Assembly (NCBI GenBank): GCA_003345595.1
Contig: PRDI01000095.1
Coordinates: forward strand, 1 to 13,680
Direction: 5' to 3'
Source of the DNA: Candidatus Thorarchaeota archaeon
GTDB lineage: Archaea > Asgardarchaeota > Thorarchaeia > Thorarchaeales > Thorarchaeaceae
DNA length: 13,680 nt
Shown: positions 7,131-13,680 of the stretch, piece by piece
How positions within the stretch are numbered: the stretch's first letter is position 1
Layout: each line of letters begins with the position of its first letter
Program-made: the position numbers and the translations under genes
The notes under the pieces: generated by a model
The model's input: only the letters and a program-made list of their open reading frames with translations
The model's database searches: none
What the model was told of the DNA's origin: nothing

Positions 7131-8096
7131 ATGGCCTCAACATCTAATCGCCCCAAGAAACCAGCTGACCGAGCTCACAGCGGTTCAGGTTTCACGTGTC
7201 CGGAGTGTGGCGGACACGAAGTTGTCCAAGACCTTGAGAAAGGAGAGAGGATCTGCGCGAACTGTGGACTTGTCGTCAGTGACCACCGCATAGACACAGG
7301 CCCAGAATGGAGGGCCTTCACATCGGAGGAGAAAGACTCCCGTTCACGGGCTGGAGCACCGACCAACTACTCCATTCATGACAAGGGTCTCTCAACAATG
7401 ATTGACTGGAGAGACCACGACTCCCAGGGTAAACGATTCTCCGCCAAGAAACGTTCTGAGATCTACAGACTGCGAAAGTGGCAGATAAGGACTAGAGTAC
7501 ATAGCTCGGTCGACAGGAATCTCGCCCAAGCAATGTCGGAGCTGGATAGGCTCTCGTCACAGCTCGGGCTGACGAAAAGCATCAAAGAACTCGCGGCCCT
7601 GCTGTACAGGAAGCTCATCGTGAAGAGGCTTGCGCGCAGTCGCTCCATCGATGCAATGGTCGGAGCGGCAATCTACGCAGCGTGCCGACTCAGGATGGCT
7701 CCTCGTTCGCTTGAAGAGATATCTAGGCATTCTCGGGTCAGCAAGAAGAAGATTGGACAGCACTATAGGCTCCTAGTCGAGAAGCTCAAGCTCAGGATGC
7801 CGATATCGGACCCAGCAAACTATGTACCCAGATTCATCACAGAACTGAGTTTACCTGGTCAAGTCCAGCAAAAGGTACTCGAAATCCTTGAACAGGCAAA
7901 GAACAACAAAAGCCTCGTGACTGGGCGTGACCCCAGGGGTCTTGCAGCCGCAGCGATATATATCGCCTCTATCCTCATGGATCATCGAGTGACACAGAGG
8001 GATATCGCCGTCGCAGCAGGAGTGACCGAGGTCACAGTCAGGAATAGATACAAAGAACTGGTTCAAAAGCTTAACATCACGATGGCTGTTGAGTAG
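7131..8096 (+). CDS. tfb: Transcription initiation factor IIB (TFB)
   Basis: Zn ribbon CPEC...CANCG, B-reader IDTGPEWRAF, RAGAP...HDKGLST, two cyclin folds and the C-terminal HTH TQRDIAVAAGVTEVTVRNRYKEL. SD GAGGTGA lies 6 nt before the ATG. Confidence 0.98.
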   Translation: MASTSNRPKKPADRAHSGSGFTCPECGGHEVVQDLEKGERICANCGLVVSDHRIDTGPEWRAFTSEEKDSRSRAGAPTNYSIHDKGLSTMIDWRDHDSQGKRFSAKKRSEIYRLRKWQIRTRVHSSVDRNLAQAMSELDRLSSQLGLTKSIKELAALLYRKLIVKRLARSRSIDAMVGAAIYAACRLRMAPRSLEEISRHSRVSKKKIGQHYRLLVEKLKLRMPISDPANYVPRFITELSLPGQVQQKVLEILEQAKNNKSLVTGRDPRGLAAAAIYIASILMDHRVTQRDIAVAAGVTEVTVRNRYKELVQKLNITMAVE

Positions 8097-8136
8097 ACGA
8101 AGGTCCATGTGGCCTGCTGGGAGTTTGCAGCCGCAA

Positions 8137-8168
8137 TCCTTCTTTTGTCAGTGCCCTAGGTTTAGGGC
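8137..8168. terminator. Possible terminator region between convergent tfb and Nudix genes
   Basis: Pyrimidine tract TCCTTCTTTT (8137-8146) after tfb, plus hairpin GCCCTA-GGTT-TAGGGC (8153-8168) over the Nudix stop codon. Confidence 0.3.
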
Positions 8169-8698
8169 TTAGCAAGCTCTTCGAAGAACGACCGAGTCAG
8201 GAATGCCCGGTATCTAAACCCGCCCCAACCCGAGCCTATCATGAGCTGTTCATCTGGGCCAAGCAGCTCTTCTCGCGTCATCACTTTAGCATCAAAGATC
8301 TCGTGTTTGTCAATCGGCACTATCTCGCCACTCGTTGACTCAGCAAGGAACACTAGAGACCTCCACGGAATGACGCTATCAGAGCAATGTATCTTCAGGC
8401 GGACATCAAGCACAAAGCGCACAAGCTTTGTTTCAAGTCCCGTTTCTTCGAGCATCTCTCGGTGTGCTGCAGCCTCAAGTGATTCACCTGTTTCTGCGCC
8501 TCCGGATGGAGCTCTGAATATACCAGTACCTGCATAGGCAGGCTTCTGAATCACGACGTACCCGTTATCATGAGGAATGAAGCAAGTGATGTCATGATGG
8601 CGTCCCTTCGCAGCGCTTCTCTTGACAAGGCCACACTCGAAGTCGTAAAAATCAGTTTCGAAATGCAGGAGCTTCGGTCGCCCATACTTGCTCTCCAT
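8162..8698 (-). CDS. Nudix hydrolase
   Basis: Intact Nudix box GGAETGESLEAAAHREMLEETGL (GX5EX7REUXEEXGU). The frame stays open upstream to a possible CTG start at 8731. Confidence 0.93.
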   Translation of the reverse strand: MESKYGRPKLLHFETDFYDFECGLVKRSAAKGRHHDITCFIPHDNGYVVIQKPAYAGTGIFRAPSGGAETGESLEAAAHREMLEETGLETKLVRFVLDVRLKIHCSDSVIPWRSLVFLAESTSGEIVPIDKHEIFDAKVMTREELLGPDEQLMIGSGWGGFRYRAFLTRSFFEELAKP

Positions 8699-8767
8699 CG
8701 CTTTTATCTCGTCGTCTTTGAGGTCTGTCAGGATGGCTCGCCATCCCCAGCCAAGACTTCAAGACTA

Positions 8768-8816
8768 CAAAGAGTTGTCGGAGAATGGAGATTAAGGACG
8801 TCACGACAACCTTTTG
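8768..8816. promoter_or_regulatory. Inverted repeat flanking a TATA-like core in the divergent Nudix/macrodomain intergenic region
   Basis: CAAAGAGTTGTCG (8768-8780) and CGACAACCTTTTG (8804-8816) match at 11/13 positions. The 23-nt spacer contains ATTAAG. Confidence 0.35.
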
Positions 8817-8879
8817 AGATGCCGCTACGATGATTCTCTGTTGTGGAGCTGTGAGACTCCGCGCTGAGAGGAAGTTGCC

Positions 8880-9362
8880 GTGAATGAATGGCCAATCGAA
8901 AGCATTGTCGTGAAGCTTCAGGTTGGCCCCATCGACGACGCTACGATAGACTTGGTCGTGACGAGCAGGAAGCTAGCTCCTGGTCTGCCACAGTCGTCAA
9001 CTAAAGTAGTCGGATCTGTATTGCCGACAGTCGGCGTGCAGGAGCGCACCACTGCAAAGAGTGTTGTGTACTGGCCCGAGATAACCATGATGACCCCAAA
9101 CAGAAGACCTCTCATATATACTGCCACGAAAAAGGCTCTTGCTACTGCTGAAGAGAAGGGAGCACGTGAGGTCGCCATCTACACGGTGGGGCTCGAGGTG
9201 ACCGGAGTACCTTCCTGGGAGATAGCGGAGGAGATCGTAAGAGCTGTTGGGCATCACTCCAAAGAGAAGCGAACCGTTGACAGGGTAGCATTGGTTGTCG
9301 GCTCCCCCATCCAGGTCAGCTCATTCCAGTACGCTCTCAACAATCACACTCTGTTCACATAA
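8880..9362 (+). CDS. Degenerate macrodomain-like protein
   Basis: Macro-fold pattern: VKLQVGPIDDATIDLVV (cf. GDIT..DAIVN), IYTATKKALATAEEKGAREVAIYTVGLEVTGVP..EIAEEIV (cf. LA...g.SIAFPaisTG.yG.P) and VDRVALVV. Lacks the NAAN and GGG motifs. Confidence 0.75.
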   Translation: MNEWPIESIVVKLQVGPIDDATIDLVVTSRKLAPGLPQSSTKVVGSVLPTVGVQERTTAKSVVYWPEITMMTPNRRPLIYTATKKALATAEEKGAREVAIYTVGLEVTGVPSWEIAEEIVRAVGHHSKEKRTVDRVALVVGSPIQVSSFQYALNNHTLFT

Positions 9363-9381
9363 TTGCCGTGTTCGTCATGAT

Positions 9382-10743
9382 CTAAGGTTTCAGCCTTTTC
9401 TTGGCAGCATCTGCAGCCGTCACCAAAGGATCCCAAGTGTCGCAAATCGCAGGAGCGTAACAGTTCTCAAATTGAAAGAACCCTGCGGCATCGACACCAC
9501 TTTGAATGCCCATGGTTATGACGTTGAGCCTCATGGCCGCATCTTCGGTCCCCACGAGTTGGCCTCCGACAAGCTTCCTTGTTTGTTTGTCGAAGAACAA
9601 CTTGACCTTCAAATCCTTGCCGCCCACGTAGTAGGGGGGCTTCGTAATCCCTTTCACCGAACCCTTCACTACCTCAACTTCGAATCTCTTGGCCAGGTCT
9701 TCTGAGAGGCCTGTGCTGGCAATTTCGAGACCGAAGAGCTTCGTCACTTTGGCGCCCACAATCCCCGGGAACCTCTCGTCGCCTCCTGCAGCATTGATGC
9801 CTGCGACACGTGCCTGCCGGACCGCGATTGTTCCGAGGCCCATCGTCATTGGTTCGTGTGTTACGAAGTCAAAGTTCTCCGCACAATCGCCACAGGCGTA
9901 GACATCGTTCAAGTTCGTCATCATGTGGTCATTCGTCTTGATCCCCCGTGTGACGCCGATTTCCACCCCAATCTTCTGGGCGAGTTCGGTAACAGGTCTA
10001 ACGCCCGTTGCGACAATCACAGCATCCGCTGCGATGTCCCTCGATTCCCGTGAAGAGCGGTCGGCCACTCGGACACCCCTGGGCGAACTCTCACCAAGGA
10101 TTTCCTGGGCTGCCGTGTTCGTGAGTATCTCGAGACCGTGTTCTCTGCAATGTGTTTCTACAATCTCGGCCATGTCCGGATCAACCATCGCCAAAAGCAC
10201 GTTGGGTAGAAACTCCACAACGGTCACGTGGACGCCTCTCTCACAGAATGCTTCAGCTGCTTCCATCCCAACAAGGCCACCCCCTATGATGACGAGATTC
10301 TTCGACTTGGTGACCTCATCGGCCAATGCTCTTGCATCTTCGAGAGTTCGAAGACCATAGACTCGCCTCTTGTTGAGTCCCCTCATCGGCGGGTCAGAAT
10401 TCTTGGCGCCAGTCGCGAAAATCAAAGAGTCGTAGGGAGTAGCACCTGAGTCTGACTTCCCGCGATACTTGACAGTTCGGGAGCTGTGGTCTATATCGGT
10501 CACAGTCGTGCCCAACCGGGCATCGATAGACATGCCAGACCAGCTCTCAGGCGGCGTCAGGACAAGGTCCTCCAATGCACGGACCTTTCCTGAGATTGTG
10601 TAGGGAAGACCGCATCGAGAATATTGGGAGTAGGGTTCCTCATTGAATATCGTGATGCCTACCTTTCTACTGAACTTCCGTGCCTGCATGGCAGCTGTCG
10701 CGCCGGCCGCATTGCAGCCCACTACAACGATATGGTCGACCAC
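9382..10743 (-). CDS. FAD-dependent pyridine nucleotide-disulfide oxidoreductase (CoA-disulfide reductase/NADH oxidase family)
   Basis: FAD-binding IVVVGCNAAG, redox cysteine motif YSRCGLPY, ATG, NAD-binding IIGGGLVGME, YACGDCA and a C-terminal YAP dimerisation motif. GTG 10743 fits the SD-like GGTGGGTG better than GTG 10755. Confidence 0.94.
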   Translation of the reverse strand: MVDHIVVVGCNAAGATAAMQARKFSRKVGITIFNEEPYSQYSRCGLPYTISGKVRALEDLVLTPPESWSGMSIDARLGTTVTDIDHSSRTVKYRGKSDSGATPYDSLIFATGAKNSDPPMRGLNKRRVYGLRTLEDARALADEVTKSKNLVIIGGGLVGMEAAEAFCERGVHVTVVEFLPNVLLAMVDPDMAEIVETHCREHGLEILTNTAAQEILGESSPRGVRVADRSSRESRDIAADAVIVATGVRPVTELAQKIGVEIGVTRGIKTNDHMMTNLNDVYACGDCAENFDFVTHEPMTMGLGTIAVRQARVAGINAAGGDERFPGIVGAKVTKLFGLEIASTGLSEDLAKRFEVEVVKGSVKGITKPPYYVGGKDLKVKLFFDKQTRKLVGGQLVGTEDAAMRLNVITMGIQSGVDAAGFFQFENCYAPAICDTWDPLVTAADAAKKRLKP

Positions 10744-10875
10744 TATGACAAACACCCACCTTTGTTCTGCTTAGAGAATGCTCAGTCTTGGGCAGAAGAA
10801 TCCTATTCTTCAATGTTTAGATAGATGGGCCGCAGGGACCAGACCTCTTCCCCTCAAGTCCTAATAGGACACAAT

Positions 10876-12333
10876 TCATGCTTCGGTCTCGTCTGTCCCA
10901 TCCTGTGGTTCGTTGGGCAAGCCTTCGCCGTTTTCCTCGCTCTTCTGCTCCGGCGGCCGGCCTGCCTCCTTAGTTCGTTCCGTTTCAGTGGGCATTACAG
11001 GCTTGCCAGCTTCAATAGCGGTGCGCAGCTTCTGAATCTGATTCTTGCGAGCGAAATAGAGCGCGACTATCACGCCAAGCGACAGGCCAGCCGATACTAT
11101 TGTCAGAGTCGTCTGCCACTGGCTCGCGGCGCCGCCCAACAGCTGCTGCCAAGTCACTATCAGAAAGCAGAGACCGGCGATGTTCATGGCCAATGAGCGT
11201 ATCGGAGTCTCGATCTTGGTTATTTCACTCACGTTAGTGTCCACCATCGCCGCGCCGATTACTCCGGCATTGTAGTTGTTGGACTTCGTTTTCTTTGCTA
11301 TGCGACGGATGGAGAGATTCTTCTTCTTTCCTAGGACCTTCAAGGCAGGTGTGACTCTGTCAACGAGAAGCTCCACGTATCGCCTCTTGGCCTCCTCGGT
11401 GTCGATACCACACTTCTTGCAGCGGCCGAGGCTTTTGTCCCATTTCCTCCTGCATGTGGGACACACGTCCTGCCGCCAAGCATCCGGGGCCACTTCTCGA
11501 ATCCTCTGGCGCACTATGTACTCACTTACTCCCTCTGGAGACTCAGCCTCCTCGGAATCCTTCTTCCGCTTCTTCTTGCTCAGATTCATCGTATCGATAA
11601 TTGAGAACAGCAGTGGAAGTGCTCCCAAGACTGTCAAGTTTGGCAATGAACGAATTTCTGAAGCCTTCTTCTGAATGCTTCTTACCTTGTGGGCAGTCTG
11701 GATTCCGTCGCGCAATACATTGAATCCACTCCCGAGTCCATAGACAGCTGCCGCGGTGGCAACTGTTGTGGCGATACCTGCAACAGATGTTATCACAGCT
11801 AGCGGGTCAGTTGGCACTATCAGGTAGAAGATAGCCCCGAGGTAATAGTATGGAGTCTGCCCATACTCGCGGTAGGTGAAGTTCAGAGACGCCTCGAAAA
11901 TGCCGGTGGCAAGAGAGATGTCCTCGAAACTCAGATAGTCTCCCAAGGGAATTGGTGCCTCCACCTGTGTTTCATAGTCACGAGGGAGGGTTACCCACGA
12001 GCTGTTACTTCCTGGAGCCCGCACTTCTATTGGGAAGATGGCAATCCCCTGATAGTAGAACCATATCCTGCCACTTGCGTTGAGGTCTCTGCTTCCGGTG
12101 ACGTTCAGCTTCAGTACGAGTGACATGTTCGCATGCAGATTGATCTGAATCGGATTGTAAGCAGTGGCATCAGTTATAGGAATGCCATCAAACTCGAGGT
12201 AGATCCAAAGCCGGTCATCGTGTATCCATTGCTCAGCTGGTTGAGCCCGAGTGGAAAGCGGGCTAGTCGCTAGTACCGCTGCTAGTAGAAGAACAAGTCC
12301 AAAGAGAAGAACCCTCGAATTCGGGCGTGCCAT
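10876..12333 (-). CDS. Membrane protein: signal peptide, ectodomain, hydrophobic segments, C4 Zn ribbon, HTH-like segment and C-terminal TM pair
   Basis: N-terminal hydrophobic signal ending TRA|QP. Beta-rich segment with five N-X-S/T sequons. Hydrophobic segments at about aa 177-204 and 233-246. CPTC-x10-CKKC motif, LSIRRIAKKTK, two C-terminal TM helices and an acidic tail. No family recognised. Confidence 0.85.
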   Translation of the reverse strand: MARPNSRVLLFGLVLLLAAVLATSPLSTRAQPAEQWIHDDRLWIYLEFDGIPITDATAYNPIQINLHANMSLVLKLNVTGSRDLNASGRIWFYYQGIAIFPIEVRAPGSNSSWVTLPRDYETQVEAPIPLGDYLSFEDISLATGIFEASLNFTYREYGQTPYYYLGAIFYLIVPTDPLAVITSVAGIATTVATAAAVYGLGSGFNVLRDGIQTAHKVRSIQKKASEIRSLPNLTVLGALPLLFSIIDTMNLSKKKRKKDSEEAESPEGVSEYIVRQRIREVAPDAWRQDVCPTCRRKWDKSLGRCKKCGIDTEEAKRRYVELLVDRVTPALKVLGKKKNLSIRRIAKKTKSNNYNAGVIGAAMVDTNVSEITKIETPIRSLAMNIAGLCFLIVTWQQLLGGAASQWQTTLTIVSAGLSLGVIVALYFARKNQIQKLRTAIEAGKPVMPTETERTKEAGRPPEQKSEENGEGLPNEPQDGTDETEA

Positions 12334-12432
12334 CAGCTATCATCTCATGACCACAACAATGGTTCGCACGACTGTCCTCTGGCGAGGGACAGAAAAGCAT
12401 TGTGCTGGTGTGGTCTACTCAGACTCAGCTTT

Positions 12433-12825
12433 TTATGAATGATGCAGGTTTCGTGCCATGTCCGCGACTTTCTGGGCTACTGTCTTGTAGCCTTCGCTCT
12501 TCTTTATGATGCTGGTGACCCCGGCAGCTACGGCCCTGGCAATCATTGCTTGGTCCACATAGGCAGAGAGAATGTGGATGTTCTTCACTCCCTTCATGGC
12601 AAGTATCTTCGTACATTCGATGCCATCCATGGTTGCTAGTCTGACGTCCATTAGTGTGATGTCAGGCAGCTTGCGCTTTGCCGCCATCTGTTCTACCTTC
12701 TTCACGGCCTCTTCTCCATTCGACGCAGACACGACTTCGAAATCGTCAATCAGTCTGTGCAAGAATGTTTCCAGCACCGTCGAAACCGAAGGCTCGTCAT
12801 CCACCACCAAGATCCTTGTCGTCAT
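12433..12825 (-). CDS. Single-domain response regulator (CheY-like receiver)
   Basis: RILVVDDE, ASNGEEA, PDITLMDVRL..MDG (phosphoacceptor Asp), ILSA and IIKK. No output domain. Start ATG 12825. Confidence 0.94.
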   Translation of the reverse strand: MTTRILVVDDEPSVSTVLETFLHRLIDDFEVVSASNGEEAVKKVEQMAAKRKLPDITLMDVRLATMDGIECTKILAMKGVKNIHILSAYVDQAMIARAVAAGVTSIIKKSEGYKTVAQKVADMARNLHHS

Positions 12826-12968
12826 TGGAACCACTACTAATCCGCCTGCGCACAGATGGCATAACATTGTTCGTTCCGCCTTATCAATAGCTTCCCGAAT
12901 GTGTGGCGTTCTTTAGAGGTAACAGGGAACCCATGGGTGCCATTGTTCTGCTGGGAGAAACGTACGAA

Positions 12969-13442
12969 TTGTCGATTCTAGAGCAAGCAACAAGAATCCC
13001 AATAGCGCACCTTAGGCCCCATTCAGGGTCATTGTCCGTCATGTTCAAGGTCCTTGACGTGAAGGAGCCAAGGCAAGTCCTTGTGAAAAGAACTGGCCTT
13101 CTGCATCTGGTAGCAGAGGCCACGGTAGCAGACTCCACAGCCAAGATAACGCTCACTCTGTGGGACTCAGATATCGACGAAGTCACAAAGGGACGGACTT
13201 ACATTCTCCACAATGGAAGAGTCAGTTTCTACGATGAATCTATGACACTGACCCGTGGTTTCTCGGGCGAATTCATTCTCTCGCCTGAGCATCTGATGGA
13301 GGTATGCGATTGCATCGACATGAGTCGGCCGTTTGCTGCGAAACCGACGAGCCGGACTCGACAGAGATCGGAGAGGGGGCGGAACTTCGATGGAGTGGCG
13401 GGGAGAGAAGCAAGAGGATTCTGTTCGAAGAAGTCATTCTGA
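12969..13442 (+). CDS. ssb: Single-stranded DNA-binding protein, single OB fold (crenarchaeal SSB/RPA-like)
   Basis: KVLDVKEPRQV...VAEATVADSTAKITLTLWD...G..Y.LHNGRVSFY...LTRG..G, followed by an Arg/Gly-rich tail. Start uncertain: TTG 12969 (after GGGAGA), ATG 12933 or GTG 12903. Confidence 0.85.
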   Translation: MSILEQATRIPIAHLRPHSGSLSVMFKVLDVKEPRQVLVKRTGLLHLVAEATVADSTAKITLTLWDSDIDEVTKGRTYILHNGRVSFYDESMTLTRGFSGEFILSPEHLMEVCDCIDMSRPFAAKPTSRTRQRSERGRNFDGVAGREARGFCSKKSF

Positions 13443-13560
13443 AGGTCCGAATTGGCGAGAGCCCATCAAGGATATGACCAAGCAGGCCAGACTGTGGCGC
13501 ATGAAGCGCTAAGAAGCCCTTTTGAGTGGACATTCCACCGTGGTTAGACCGTGGCTGGCA

Positions 13561-13680
13561 ATGAAGCTGCAGATTGAAGGTCAATCAATACCGTACCCGA
13601 TGCTGGTGCTCAGAGGAAGACTTAGGTTGTGCGGTCTCTCTCAGACAGACGCAGAGAAGATCATTGAACGGACCGTCAGC
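13561..13680 (+). CDS. 5' fragment of a CDS running off the window; ATP-cone-like N-terminus (2-phosphoglycerate kinase-like?)
   Basis: 40 open codons, MKLQIEGQSIPYPMLVLRGRLRLCGLSQTDAEKIIERTVS, resembling the PF...L...L...G.....A..I pattern of archaeal ATP-cone domains. Not in the ORF track. Confidence 0.6.
   Translation, partial: MKLQIEGQSIPYPMLVLRGRLRLCGLSQTDAEKIIERTVS

Noticed and set aside
7036-7293. 85-aa ORF overlapping the tfb start, and minus-strand ORFs 6880-7143 and 6962-7156, considered as a Gar1-like upstream gene
   Set aside because: No resemblance to Gar1 or any other family. They overlap the promoter, the structured leader and tfb.
8781-8790. GAGAATGGAG, identical to 1731-1740 at the tRNA 3' end, as a possible att site
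   Set aside because: 10-bp matches are expected by chance in 13.7 kb. It is on the wrong side of the tRNA, and the intervening genes are housekeeping with no integrase.
99-13584. Remaining short ORFs antisense to or overlapping the assigned genes
   Set aside because: Shadow frames of well-supported CDSs with no recognisable motifs.

Overview
Archaeal chromosomal window. The gene set (23-24-aa 'IDLSPL' LRR protein, TPR proteins, TFB, crenarchaeal-type SSB, stand-alone receiver domain) suggests an Asgard archaeon such as Thorarchaeota; this is inferred, not searched. In order: LRR protein (+); intron-less tRNA-Cys(GCA) with encoded CCA and an unusual A18/G55 elbow (-); small hypothetical protein (+); TPR protein (-); cysS (+); TPR pseudogene with three in-frame stops, missed by the ORF track (-); LarA-family racemase/epimerase (-); about 510 bp of intergenic DNA with two BRE/TATA promoter candidates and a structured leader; tfb (+); Nudix hydrolase (-) divergent from a degenerate macrodomain (+); CoA-disulfide reductase/NADH oxidase (-); membrane protein with a sequon-rich ectodomain and Zn-ribbon/HTH-like region (-); CheY-like receiver (-); SSB (+); and the 5' end of an ATP-cone-like ORF (+). 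The best candidate for a new system is the tfb leader. By eye it folds into a four-stem RNA that contains an anti-Shine-Dalgarno, duplicated competing 8-mers and a 25-codon uORF, as expected of a translational switch on a basal transcription factor. No CRISPR array, integrase or transposase was seen.
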